Positions 39,430 to 52,422 are shown, counted from the stretch's first letter. The stretch is DNA of 64,000 nt from Paragordius varius (GCA_964247055.1 OZ176050.1:3844001-3908000); one strand, 5' to 3'. The notes: a model not told the origin generated them from the sequence alone. Made by a program: numbers and translations.

Positions 39430-39717
39430 TTAATGGCGACGTATACTAGAAATGCATATATTTTCCGGGTTTCGATATTTTTTATCATCATCCAATTTTT
39501 CACGTGTAGATTCTTCTTGATAAAACCGACTAAAAAGTTAAAATTTATAAAAAATACCATAATCCTACTAAAACCCAAATAACAAATCCGATGAATAAAG
39601 TTCCAATAATTATAACAGCAAACAACCAAAAGTTTGGAGAGTCATCTACAAAATATAACTCAAAATACCTGGAATGTAAATTATTGGTATTTCTTTAACA
39701 TTGGTGGAAGGGTTCAT
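39430..39717 (-). CDS. 78-aa single-pass membrane microprotein, 3 exons (absent from the ORF track)
   Basis: Exons 39717-39669, 39645-39558, 39529-39430; GT-AG introns of 23 and 28 nt. Product MNPSTNVKEIPIIYIPDDSPNFWLFAVIIIGTLFIGFVIWVLVGLCRFYQEESTREKLDDDKKYRNPENICISSIRRH. Confidence 0.65.
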
Positions 39718-42700
39718 TGATAATATCCAATACAATCATATTAATATTAATTGATCGTTTTTTCACATCAAAAGGTTTATCATTTGATTTAAAATATAAA
39801 CTATTATATATAAAAATACTTTTTCAATATTATTAATGATATTACATCATAAAAAATTGGTATTCAATGCTGATAAAAGATGTTTTGTGTTATTTTTGGG
39901 ATTGTCTCAAGGATTTAAAAATGTTAAAAAAGGTTTTACTATTTTTATAAAATTTTTATATTTGACTGAAAAGTTTTAATTATATAAAAAAAATAATTAG
40001 AAAATCCTTGGTACAATTGTTCTTATTATAATTACTACTTTCCTCTCTTACATTATTTATTAATTATTCCCCAATACAAGAAGAAATTTTTAATTATTAA
40101 CTACAATTATAATTTTTGTTATGAAATTAAAAATTACCTAATAAAAAATATATATTGTATAATGCATCATTTCACTATGGTTTTTGGGATATACTGTTAT
40201 ATAAACTATTTACATTTTTGTGGTGATTCCTCGATATAAAAAGCACTGCGCCTTTAAATATATTTTTTTGACAAAACCTAAATAATTCAGTCTACTTTAT
40301 TGTAAGCAAAACAATATTGATATAAAATAAATTAAGGTGCAGGCTTCGAAAGTTGCAAAACTTCACCTACAAATGGCATCTTTTATAAACGCAAAACTGC
40401 TGAGATTGCGGAAAATTTTGTATGCTAGTTGAGATCAAATAAAATTTTTGAAAAAATGCGAAAGTTAAAATTTTGGCAAAATTTGCTGAAGCGCACTATA
40501 TGGTATTGTGGAGCATGATGTAAACTGTACACAAGCCTTAGATATCAAAATCCTATTAAAAGGATGCTGATATTTCTATTATATTTGATTTAATTATTCG
40601 TCTACAAATTTAAATCAAAAATATATTGTTTTTTTAAAAAAATTCACTCAAATTTTAATGCAAACCTTAAAATCAAATTTGTCTTAGAAATGCTCGGCAT
40701 CCTCGCAATTGCATCGAAAAAGTGTTTTTAAAATATTTTAGTGCGTTTACCGTTTAAATCATTAACATAATTTTGACAGAAACGTTTGCAGAAAAATCAG
40801 ATGAAATTATATATATTCCGATAGTAAAATATTTGCGGAATCTCATGGTACTTTTGGTTGGGTTATATGAGAAAGTTATTTACATATGATAAGTTCATAT
40901 CAGAAAATGTTTATATTTGAGCACGTTTTTTGTAATAGAATATTTTCAATGAATGTTAAATGCTTGATTCCAAAAAATAACACTAAAATATATAAACTAC
41001 TTGTTAAAACAAAACAATATTTTTATAATAATTTAATTTTTAATGTATGATCCAAAAGTCCCAATTTTTATGATCTTTTAAAACGGGTTATTTCTTTTTA
41101 AAATAAACGCAATATTCCGGGTGAGCGATGAAGTTTTTACACACGCTAAGTTTTAACATCAAAATAAAATATTTTTTTTAAAAAAATACTTTCTACAAAA
41201 ATTTAATTTAGCAAAATTTTGTTGAAGCGTATTTCCCTTTTTTAGGCATGACGAAAAGATATAAAAACGCTTTTAGATATTATAAAAATACTCTTTCCAT
41301 ATTTTTGATGATGCTGAACATTTCTTCTATCTCAGAATCTTTTTTAAAGTATTCGTTTGCATTCAAAATATCAAATATAAATTTTTATATTAAAATTCAG
41401 CAATATTTAATATCAAAGGATCTTTAAATTAAATTTGTGATAAAAATGTTTTGCATCATCGAATTATATAGAGAGATTGTTTTTATCTAAGCGTTTTATA
41501 CCGTTTCCATCATGTGCTTAAAAATAGTAGTAAATACGTTTCAAATAAATTTTGCTAAAAAATGAATTTTTCCAAAAATAGCATTTTTTAGAAAAAAATT
41601 TTTTGATTTCAAAATTTAGCATAAATTATATCACCAAATTCCGCCATTTGTGCGTTTATTTTGATAATACTAGCCCATATAAGAAAAGCAAAAAAATTTG
41701 CGACTCTCGGACCCCACATATGAAAATCGAATTTTTTTGTAAATATTGTTTTGCTTAAGTAGTTTATATTATTTATTTTTTGGAAGGAAGCATTTAGCTT
41801 TCATTAAAAAAATTTATTACAAAAAACGTGGTGGAATTTTGCAATTTTCTGATATGGAGCACCTAGCATAAAGGTGCAAATGTTCTAATATCACTAAGGG
41901 CCAAAACCAAAAGCATTATGATAATCATGATACATATTTTTATCAGAATACAATTATTTCATCAGATATTTTTTCAGGAACCCCGAATAATATATTTGTC
42001 ATAATTTATCATATATATAAATTTATATCTAACAAACTTCCATCTGTTTGTGTCTTGGAACAAACTTGCTTTCGGTGCCTAAAATTTGGAGCTTTTGGGT
42101 CTACATCTTAAAATCTTTTTGAAAGCTTTTCATCCTTTAAATAGTTTGTTATATATTTAAAGATATTTTTTAAAATGATTTAGCAAATTTTATATCATAA
42201 TGCCACTAAATTTACTAATTTTTGATATAAAGTAATTATCACAAAAGTAGACAAAATATAAATGAAGTATACCAAAATATATTTTTGGCAATTGCTTCAT
42301 TTAAATTGCTCTAATGTTGACATTTTATACTTTATAATAGTTGTCTAGGTTTAATTTACTGTAACTAGCCAATTCCTTATGCAAAATGATATCTGTAACA
42401 CCTTTTATTCTTTACAACAACAGTCAAGAAAAAAATTAAACCGCAATCACACGAGCCGCTCCGCATACCAACACATCGATCATATAGCTTTTAATAAGAC
42501 GTATATATATCTTATATTATATAATGCCCTAATTTGGTCTGTATTTTTATCGATGTGGCGAAGAAAAACATATGTCTGGCTTCTGTCAATGATAAATTAA
42601 AATTTAAAAACCCAAAATTCCAAAAATACATTTAAAATCTACCTTTTTAGAATTAATGTCTTAGGATTAATTTTTATAGATAAATAGGAATACATAGCTA

Positions 42701-43193
42701 AAACTCATAGATCGTAATAGTTTAGTGCCATACTTCTAAAAATAAAGTTAGTCTCAAAATCTACAAAACACAGCAAATTGTGGATATAATTTAATTATAA
42801 CTAATCGGCCCATTACTTGTAATGTACCCAACAGTGGGATGAGAAAATGCTGAACATGGTTTAGCCGACTAAATTATTAATACGTTGCCTATTTTAGAAA
42901 ATTATGTATAACTTATTTAAAATCAATAGGCTTGCATTAAATTAGGCGACCGGTTAGCAGATCGCGCTTATGGATGATATAACCTTACTTAATAAAATTA
43001 TTTAATTATAAACCCAAACAGTATAATTGGAAAATAGTGTTGGTAAATTATTTTTTTATTAAATTTATCGTTAGGCTAAATTGTGTTTTCTGGCCATATA
43101 AATAATCGCTATCCGGTTTAAAATAACGCCAAGGGCCCTATTCTGAGTAGAGCTGACTTATAGCAATGTTAGCGTTTTATAATTATATAACAA

Positions 43194-44424
43194 CTAGCGT
43201 AAATCTCGTGCTGCTACGCGGCCCGGGGGGGGGGGGGGCTATTTGGAATAAGGGACAATAAAATGATTCATATATGTGGATTATTTCAAAACAATATTTA
43301 ATAGCTATGATAATCTCATAGGATTTTCAAACGGTGCATTCCTACCAATATATTGTTTACTGGTGTAAAGGCCCCAAATTGACGGCTAACGGAAAAAAAA
43401 TTGTTCTATGGCGACGCATTTTTCAGGGCACAAAACTTTACTTAACGACTCATTGAAATAACCCCCTATCTAAAATATCTGTTTTTTAAGGGGTAAATAA
43501 TATTTTAAGCCCTCTCACATTTTCTCATAGGTTTTCTGAAATTTGGCTTCAAAGGCAGGCTGTATCGATATGGTGATGCAGTTTTACGCGGGTAGTCCCC
43601 TAACCAGGGAATCAAAAAAACGCTCGATTAACATTTTTGTCTTAATTCGGGTAATACCTGGAATCATGATTGACTATTTACGGTCTCATACTTTGGGCGA
43701 AAAATAGATTAAAAAAAAATTTTTGTGGATTTAATTTTTTTGGAAAAAGTGAAATTTTACGGGGGAGGGCCTAATCAACGGCTATTTTTAAAAATACGCA
43801 AGACCTAATTTTTTGCCTTGTTACGGCTAATATTTTAAGCATCTATTGAGCTCATATGGCCTGATAGGTTTTCTGAATTAGCCTCAAGGGCACGCTATTT
43901 CGATATGACGGGTCACTTTTTAGGTATCTCCTTACCCGGCAGCCAATATAAAAGAAACGCACAATAAAGTTTTTGCCTTTTAACAGGGCATACCTGGAAT
44001 CCTTATTTTACGGTCTCATACTTTGGGCGAAAAATAGATTCAAAAAATTATTTTTGTGGACTTAATTTTTTTGAAAAAAAATGGCATTTTACGGGATGAG
44101 TGGGTAAAAAGAGGGCTTAAATTAAAAAAGCGAGCCGACGATGTTCGGCGCAAGCGAAATTAAGACAAAAATCATATTTGAATGGTCCAACACGTTCCCC
44201 GGAAAATTGTCTCAAAGACACGATTTTTGTGTTCTGTTTTCAAAAAAAACCGTTTTCTTACACGGGGTGGGCCCGAACTGGGGGGCCTAATTCAAAAATA
44301 GCGAAGCTATTGTTGGGGCATTCATTAATGATTATATTTTTTCGATATTTGGATTTGGATGGGTCTGTCGGTTTTCCGGAAACAGAATACCAAGCCACCA
44401 CTTTTTATTTTTATAAAATATAGA
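43194..44424 (-). mobile_element. Complete non-autonomous Helitron-like element
   Basis: A|CTAGCGTAAATCTCGTGCTGCTACGCGGCCC(G)14 ... AAAATATAGA|T; same termini as 36752-38439. Confidence 0.8.
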
Positions 44425-44734
44425 TTAGCTTTGCTAACGATTTCCTAAATTTTATGGAACAGAAAGCATATTATATAAAACTTTTTTGCGATAAACTATA
44501 ATTTTAGGCATAACTCACAAGTGATATGTTTATAAGCTCTCCTGAATCCAGAGGCACAATAAGGAGGTAAAATGGTGCATGCATGCCTCATCCCCAGTTT
44601 AGGGGAGTCAAATTTGGTTTTTTTATTAAAATATGGTCAGCAAGAGTTGATTTTAACCTGGTTAAAGCATAATATAAAAGATTTAATTAAAAATTTCCAT
44701 AAATTTATTTAAATGATCATAAGGGAATAATTAT

Positions 44735-47700
44735 TTAGTTTTCACGGGATGACATATATTTCAAAATCTTGTCGTAAAGCTTCGGAGCGTCCAGTCCCCA
44801 CAAGAAATCAATATGATTGTACTTTTCATATTTGAAACTAGCTTTCAAACTTTGAATCCTTGGAATCAATCTTGAAACATCATCAGGACCTGCTAGCCAA
44901 TCCTCCTCTCCCCAAAACATTACGGTTGGCACATTGAACTTTTTTAATGGATATTCAGGTGGTGTACTCTATTGCATATAAATGAAAACACATCTAAGCA
45001 TTTGTCATAACTAGATCCAATATTTTGCGGGTATAATACTTATTAAATGGACGGTTTATACTTAGTCTATTAATTATATTTACTAATATATTTTGTATGA
45101 AATATTTTTTATCAATCATCACTAATTAACCAATTCAGATATATTTAATTATGTGAGAAATGAATTACTCCTATGAAAAATGCAAAAGGCTTACGCTTCC
45201 GTAGGTTAACAAATTTTTGATGGTTCCATAATCAAACTTTCGCAATTGATCGGCCGTTATTAGTTGCGAAAAATGAATAAAATTTTTAGTTGACGTTCCT
45301 GCGGGTGAATGGGCAGCATAGACGGGAACCATTTTCTATATATTTTAGATTTTTGAATTTATTCTGTTTAACTCAAGAAATTGTTGAAGGGCTTGAAACA
45401 GGTAAAAAACAGTAAATGAAGTGGTTGATGAAAAGTTAGGAAGCGGGCCGGTTCTGAAATTGAAATAAGTAAAATTAGCACCGACCTTGAGAAAATGTAG
45501 AAAACCAGGTCAAAACAGGTTCTCACAAAAATATCAGAGATCCAGAACTGGTTCCATGTGGTTCTGGTTTCAAACCCGGTGATTATAATAATAAAAAGAT
45601 CACAATATGATTTAGTTTTATTAATGAGCTAAGGGTAATAAAGAGGCATGAGGCAGCTAATTATATAATTAAAATACTTTATGGCCCTAACCAATTAGTT
45701 GTCCTTACATATAATTTATCTACAAATAATAATAATCGCTAAGCCTAAAACGACGCTTTCAAATATTTCTTTGCATATATATACCGGATCGAGATTCTTT
45801 TCGTTGAATCCAACCAGCACAAACAAACCGTTAATGCAAGCGAGAGAGAAATCGTTTGATGTACAAAACTTGGATCCAAACCATTGGACTATGGCTGTGT
45901 TGGGCATAAACTCCCCATGTCCAAACATATTGAACAAAACATCCATTGTATTAGAGAAGGGGGCTAACATACCCAACGGAGATTTTATGTTACCCAAAAA
46001 GGCAACTGGGGCCAACGCAAAAAACATTTTAATCTTTTGGGCCAAATTTTGATTTTCCGAAAACCCTGAAAATCCAACTAATGTGCCTTGGGAATGGCCG
46101 ACATAGAATAGTTGATCAACGCCGGTTTTCTCTAGCACATAATCAACCATGGCTGGGAGATCGTATTGAGCCATTTCTGAAAAACTAAACGTGCACATCT
46201 TTATACATTTTAATTTTGGCCAAATTGACGCCTTAAATTTTTTTTTGATTACATCAAATAGTTTTTGCATTTAAAATTAATTGCTAGATGTCAAATACCT
46301 TAAACTGCTATTTATGCACAGATGTTTGAAAGGGAAATTTAAATATGTTTTTTAAATGATGGTTTTAGAAAACTTTAAGGCATTACAAAATAAGTTGCAT
46401 TAATTATTTTAGCATCAACATCAATCATCCTGAAGTAATTACTGATAACTAATTAAATTTTTTTAAATAAGGTTTATTTCAAAAACCTAAAATCCCAAAA
46501 CGCAAGATTATCCGACGAGAGTTTAATATGAGATTTTGAGTAAACGTTTCCCCGTATGTTGCCAAGCCATACATCATAACCAGCATCATGTAATATAAAT
46601 GCTAAAATTAAACATTTTATATTATATAATCTTAAACTGTAGGAAAGTTGAAAAAATATGGTTTTACTTTGCATATAACCTAAAAGTATTTGATTAAATT
46701 ATTACATAAAATAAAATAAAAATCCTTTTTAAACCAAAAGATTGTGTTTTATTGTTCATGACCCAATCAGCTGAGGAACAAAGTAGCCCATGTTGCAAAT
46801 ATATGACATTTAATTTGTCTCTGTTCACTTTGTTAGGTATTCTGTGCATCGTAAGGATATAACCATCTTGGGTTGTTACCTTGTGTTCTTCGTACGGATA
46901 ATTCCGATACTCAATCAATTCTTTCTAAAATGATAAAAAATTAACTTTTTCATAACAAATTATAAAATAAAAATTATTAAAGAGGCATATAAAAAATAAA
47001 ATAATTAACTAAAAAAATGATATACACTTATGAACATATTAAGAACATGGAGATTTGGGTTTTAGCACTGTTATATAAGTGCTAACTTTTGCAATGGCTT
47101 CAATTTGTTCCATATTTATAGAAATATTTGATTCTAAACAGCCCTGGGACCCAAAGACCCAAATTTGAATCGGGGGACTGAAATGAATGTGTTGTATCCA
47201 ATCTTAAAAATGCGAGTGTAAGGTATTTAAAAATTTTAACCTTTTTTGCATATCATAAAAGAGAAAAACAGTTATATATCTTCTATTTTTCGAAATTGCT
47301 CAAAGCTTATTTTAGAATTTTGTAAAATAATTGATTATTTCTTAAAACTTTTTTCAATATAATTAGGATCACAAATCGTGCTATCGGGGAATTTAAAATA
47401 GGCAAGCTTTTTAGGCAAATAAAATTTTTTTTATTAAATCTAGAATTTCTTAATTGATGATATATTATAATGTTCAGAAATTTTTATTTATTAACAATTG
47501 TATTCAAGCAAATTTTAGAAGCTACGATTTATCAGCAATTGTATTCAAGCAAAATTTTAGATGCTCCTAATATTTAAAACTTGGATACAACATATTCCTT
47601 CCATTCCTTCGATTCAAACTAATACTTCCATTCAAATTGGGGTATCCCCCCAGACAATATTTAAATTGACATTTTTACAAAACTACTGAAAGAAACGGTT

Positions 47701-49458
47701 CCAATTTAAATGTATTAATAAGACAAAATATCTATATAAAATTAGTATTGGAAAAAAGTTCTATATCAAACTACTTGGACGCCATTTTTATTTTATGTCG
47801 CATTTATTTGATTCTAAAAATAAAGTTTGTTTATTAAAATCACATTTAAAATTGATTTAAAAAAGAAAATGGTATATTTTCCATTATTTTTATATTTAGC
47901 TTATGCACACATGCCAAGTTAACTAAATTTTTGCCTTTGAGTTTTAAATCTGAATATGTAATATCAAGTATAATTTAATAATTTTTTTATATTTCAATTC
48001 ATTAGGCCACAAAAAGCAAACTCTTGCCATGGTTTTATTTTTTTCATATTTTTTGAAATATATACTTTTAAACAAGCTTGGGCGAATCGAAGGACTAAAA
48101 TGAATGTTTTGTATCCAAGTGTTAAGGTGATACATGTTTAAAATCAAATTTTCATTTGGAATGGATTAAAACCATTATAATTTGTACTACATTATTTAAA
48201 ACTAGATTACTTATTTGGATAAACCGGAAGGTAAAAATTATGCCAAGATGATATGTCATTAGGTTAATAAAAAACAATGCCAAAACCACTTTTTTGTATA
48301 TATATTAATGTTAAATTAATAAAAAATTAACTTTAATTTTAGCGTTATAACTAAAAAACACGATATTTTGCTAATATGTTGCAGAACAAATATGGCAAAT
48401 AGTCTGATATGAAAGTAAAAATTTTTTTTATCACGCCACCCTAAATTTTATTTAGATTTTTTGAATTGTAGGAGAGAAGCATAAATTTGAATCTGGAACG
48501 GTCTCCACCAATATTTAATAATATTAATTTTATTCTGGTTTACGGTCACTAGTTATCCCAATTTAGATCGAAGTGTTAATTCAGAACATTAACATCTTTT
48601 GGAAAAATTTGGAAAATATTGTGGCAGAAAAAGCCTTTAGATTTTATTCCATTCATATTTAACACCTCATTACCTTTTAGTCATTTTTTAAAGGGCTATT
48701 TCATCTAAGTGTTTAGGAAATAAAAAATATGTATTCGCTTTCGCATTCAAACAAATATCAAGTGCAAAAAATGTTATGATTACTCATCTCATACTTTTAG
48801 ATGTCAATTTTTTTATATCTAGAAAAATTTTCCCAAATAATAAATAACAAAATTTATTTACTTACTATTTAACGGTCGGATATTTTTTGAAAAGGCTTAC
48901 TTGCACAACTGAGGGCTGTCTAAATTTTAGACTCACTGGAAGATATACAATATTTTTACCATATATGTAGGACTTTAATGATAAAATATCATTTTATGGT
49001 CAAAATGATTTTTAATATTATATTTTATAAGAAAGTGGGAATTTAATTATCTACCTTAAAATGTATCCTATAAAAAATTAAAGGTAATGCAGCATCAAAA
49101 AGGGTTCCATAAAAATCAATTTGCAAATAAAACTTGATGGCCCCAATTATTTATGTAAATCACCAATATAAATATGAATATTATGATTAATTTGATAAAG
49201 TAGAATATACAACAACATTATTTATATTGTGGTAATGTGGTAAATCCCGACTTTATTTAAAAAATTAATAAAAATCCGCATACCACATTCATTTTGATTT
49301 CAGGAACAGCACCGCTTAGAATAAGCTCCGCCATTTTAACATCCGATGAATTGGCTGATAATTTATTATTGTAGACATCATCAGCATACTTATAAATATT
49401 TTCCAAAGATGCAGTATAAATAGAAGTGCCTACAATTATTTTATCAGAATTATACCAT
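44735..49458 (-). CDS. LIPA: Lysosomal acid lipase / gastric lipase family, ~397 aa, 8 coding exons
   Basis: Exons 49458-49456 (ATG only), 49429-49390, 49354-49284, 46924-46735, 46601-46487, 46184-45785, 45335-45195, 44968-44735. Motifs PEIKMNV|KELIEY, LQHGLLCSSADW, DVWLGNIRGN, GHSQG (Ser), EDWLA (Asp), NHIDF (His). The first two small exons are inferred; the symbol marks the family, not proven orthology. Confidence 0.9.
45387..45579. mobile_element. hAT-like MITE (GAACC family) in a lipase intron
   Basis: AAGGGCTTGAAACAGG ... GGTTCTGGTTTCAAACCCGG; related to 1695-1817. Confidence 0.5.
47623..48121 (+). mobile_element. piggyBac-like MITE family 1, diverged, in a lipase intron
   Basis: ACTTCCATTCAAATTGGGGTATC ... 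GTATCCAAGTG|TTAA. Further end fragments at ~47145-47205 and ~47575-47618. Confidence 0.7.
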
Positions 49459-49627
49459 CACTGAATTTAGTTGTATAGGAAAATATTATGAAAATTAAAA
49501 TGATATTTGAAAACATTTTTTAAAAAAAGAATAAATAAATTTTAAATATATTTTTAAATATATATATAATGTAAAAACATTTGTATTTATGTATGCGCAT
49601 GTATATCATATGTATTAAAATTCAAAT
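49459..49627. promoter_or_regulatory. Putative bidirectional promoter between the lipase and LSD1-like genes
   Basis: Only 169 bp separate the two divergent ATGs; AT-rich, with one TATGCGCATG motif at ~49592-49601. Function is inferred from geometry. Confidence 0.5.
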
Positions 49628-51451
49628 ATGCCCACTCCCGATTCTGATATTGAGATTGTTGAATCATTTGATATTCCATCTCTGCCGAGAAAGAATGTTA
49701 TAATTATTGGAACCTCGCTGTCTGGTATATTTACAGCCAAATACTTATCATCCAATGAATACAATATAACCTTTATTGACGACAGCAATATAAATCAAAA
49801 TATTTTTGACCTACATCCCATTTTGAAAGATGACTTGGATATTCTAAAACACTTTATAGATTCAAATCCTATAACAAATATATGTTGCCCAATATTTGAG
49901 GGTCGACATACCAAAATACCTAAAAACAAATGTCAAGTTTTCACAAATGAATTTAATTCTTTGTTGCACAATATATTTGATTTGGTAAATAAATTGAATC
50001 CAGATACATTAGATAGAACTGTTTCGATTGGTGAGTATCTTGATCTAATTATTAATATGCATGAAAAGTATTTAAAAGAAGAGCAAATTGTTTTTTTAAA
50101 TGAAAAGATTGCATATCAAGAAAAATTGATTGAATGCTTAGATTCTTTGGACACTTCGTTTAAAGAAATCGAGTTACCTTCCGATTGTGTAAATCTAATT
50201 AGTTCGGATGATGATATGCTAGAAGAAGATCAAAATTTGTTTACGCGAGAAACTATAAAATCAATCAGGTCCAAAATTACCACCATGGATTCCCTATCCC
50301 CATGCCAATGTTACATGGGTTTTCGCGATCGAAATCTATTAGATTGGATAGCTGCTAATTTGGAATTAAATTTGGGAGGATTATCCCTCTACTCTCTACC
50401 GGTTACCTTTATTACACATATAATGGATTCGTTGACTCTACAATCTTCTACAGAATGCTATTTAAATGGTAACGAAATACTAAGGATTAGGCTAGACTTA
50501 TTGCGTAATTATCAAATATTACAGAATATAAAAGTAACCAAAGTATCATACGGCTCCCTGGACGGTGCCATCGAAATTGAATGTGTTAAGCAACCAAACT
50601 CTTTTTGTAATGAAAATTTTAACCAAACTTTGAACATGTCAATAGACAATGATAACACCCCACCAAGTTTTACGCTAAAATGTCACGAATTAATTTGGGC
50701 TTTACCGCTAAACAAATTATTTAGGGCTGAAAATGATACCCATTTATCTACTGAAGGGATTAGTTTGTGCGATTGGCTTCCTACCGTTACCTTTGAACCT
50801 AGATTACCCTCATCTTGGTTACCTGAAGCATTAAACGTTTTGACAGGAACCGTATTATACGTTACATTAGCTTTTGACCATACGTTTTGGCCTGACGACA
50901 TTACAATGTTTGGGTATAATGGTTGTTCGACCCCTGAAAGTCGGGGGGAATTTTTTCTGTTTCTCATTAGCCGGGGTAAATTACCGGCCAATACCTTAAT
51001 CACAAAACCGCATGAAATTATCGCAGACTCCAAATTAATTAACTCGAATGACATTGCTCAAACCTGTAATAATGATGGTGTTTATACTTATCATTTTTTA
51101 ACTGGTGTAGCGTCTGGGGATGCTGCAAAATCATTGATTCGACTATCCGATAATATTTTAGTTGATCGTTGTTTGAGCATTCTTAAGCGCTTATTTGGAA
51201 ATACTGTAGGTACCTATGTAACTTATTACATCTCCCAAACATCTTCATACATATCAAAACAGGATGAAAAGCCTGAAATTATATTGTTTCCACCGATACA
51301 ATCGCTGTATAAAAATAATATTGGTTATCGTTCAAATGTTAGATTTGTTGGGGAATATAACATATCACATTGCAACAAGCTAACTCGTGATATACAAAGT
51401 GGTATAATGCAAGCTACAAAAATTAAACAAACTTATACTACAAATAAATAA
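49628..51451 (+). CDS. Intronless LSD1/KDM1A-like amine-oxidase-fold protein, 607 aa, lacking SWIRM and with degenerate catalytic motifs
   Basis: Colinear with remembered LSD1 motifs: CPIFEG..IPKNK..EFNSLL, VSIGEYL..HEKYLKEEQ (Tower start), RDRNLLDW..NLE, FEPRLP, FDHTFW..MFGY..ESRGEFFLF, DRCLSILKRLFG, FVGEY. An in-frame stop lies just upstream of the ATG. Confidence 0.85.
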   Translation: MPTPDSDIEIVESFDIPSLPRKNVIIIGTSLSGIFTAKYLSSNEYNITFIDDSNINQNIFDLHPILKDDLDILKHFIDSNPITNICCPIFEGRHTKIPKNKCQVFTNEFNSLLHNIFDLVNKLNPDTLDRTVSIGEYLDLIINMHEKYLKEEQIVFLNEKIAYQEKLIECLDSLDTSFKEIELPSDCVNLISSDDDMLEEDQNLFTRETIKSIRSKITTMDSLSPCQCYMGFRDRNLLDWIAANLELNLGGLSLYSLPVTFITHIMDSLTLQSSTECYLNGNEILRIRLDLLRNYQILQNIKVTKVSYGSLDGAIEIECVKQPNSFCNENFNQTLNMSIDNDNTPPSFTLKCHELIWALPLNKLFRAENDTHLSTEGISLCDWLPTVTFEPRLPSSWLPEALNVLTGTVLYVTLAFDHTFWPDDITMFGYNGCSTPESRGEFFLFLISRGKLPANTLITKPHEIIADSKLINSNDIAQTCNNDGVYTYHFLTGVASGDAAKSLIRLSDNILVDRCLSILKRLFGNTVGTYVTYYISQTSSYISKQDEKPEIILFPPIQSLYKNNIGYRSNVRFVGEYNISHCNKLTRDIQSGIMQATKIKQTYTTNK

Positions 51452-51929
51452 TTTATCGAATTTTTATATCTAATTACGTTAAGAGTGTTGGGCTTTAGAA
51501 TTGGCCCCTTTCTTAGTTGCATTCAACTATTGAACCTTTATAGGTTAAAAATAACATATTTTTTAGATTTGCACAATACCTATTCTACACTTGGACTATT
51601 ATAGCTGTGAATTGATAAATAATGAAAACTACAATTTTGTACGTTGTTAATAAATTAAAAAACAATGCAATTAAATTTCAATAAAAAAATGAAATGGGTA
51701 GAAACGGCATCATAAAAATATTTTCAATATTGAGTAATTGACAAGTTTAAATATTATTGATTTGTATGTTTTATCCATTACATATATCAACCCTTTTCAA
51801 CGCATTATTACAACATAGATAAACAACACGGCTACCATATGAAAAAGAGCGCTTTTACAAACACTACCATATAAATATTTTATTCTAAAATTTAAAATGA
51901 CATCAGAATTGAAAGTAATTTATTTTATT

Positions 51930-52422
51930 ATGATGGTTAATAAATAATAATACAATATAATTATAATTTACAGGATATTAAGGATGAAAGAATATTGATG
52001 CAGCAAATCGATTTTTATTTAAGGAATATTTGCGATCAAGAAACTATTGGAAAGAATTCTTCACTGGAACATAACAAATTATTGTCGCTTTTGTTTGAAA
52101 AATATAAAATTTTACAAAATCGTTTAGAGCGTCAAGTTACCGAAACGGATAAACTAATTGAAATTTCCAGTGATTTGAGCAAAAAAATAATTAACATCCA
52201 GACAAAAAAATCTTTTGTAATAAATTTATAATTTGTAGGCTGATAAATCTATTCAAACTGATAATAAATCTTATCCGTTAAAAAATGGCTTCAAAACAAC
52301 AAATTCATACGAAAACCCATATCCGAACATTTCAAACAAAAGATCACATGATTCTGAAAAAGTTAAAATAAAATTTATTTTAGATTGATTACAAGAAGTT
52401 TTCTAAATACGGAATTTTATGA
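51930..52422 (+). CDS. Small putative coiled-coil protein, ~136 aa, 4 exons
   Basis: Exons 51930-51935, 51974-52216, 52239-52361, 52384-52422; introns of 38, 22 and 22 nt. Heptad-like LFEKYKILQNRLERQVTETDKLIEISSDL. The 5' and 3' exons are less certain. Confidence 0.55.

Noticed and set aside
39372-39629. 85-aa ORF from the track
   Set aside because: An off-frame read-through of the spliced microprotein locus; the spliced frame gives a cleaner single-TM product.
40336-40666. Possible Kolobok-like element (TTAAGGTGCA ... TGCAAACCTTAA)
   Set aside because: The terminal match is too short and no second copy is visible.
42379-42600. 73-aa plus-strand ORF
   Set aside because: No motif, no splice support and no neighbouring exons.
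47030-47112. Candidate first exon of the lipase (MEQIEAIAK...)
   Set aside because: Contains in-frame stops. The exon at 49284-49354 ending PEIKMNV fits the family much better.
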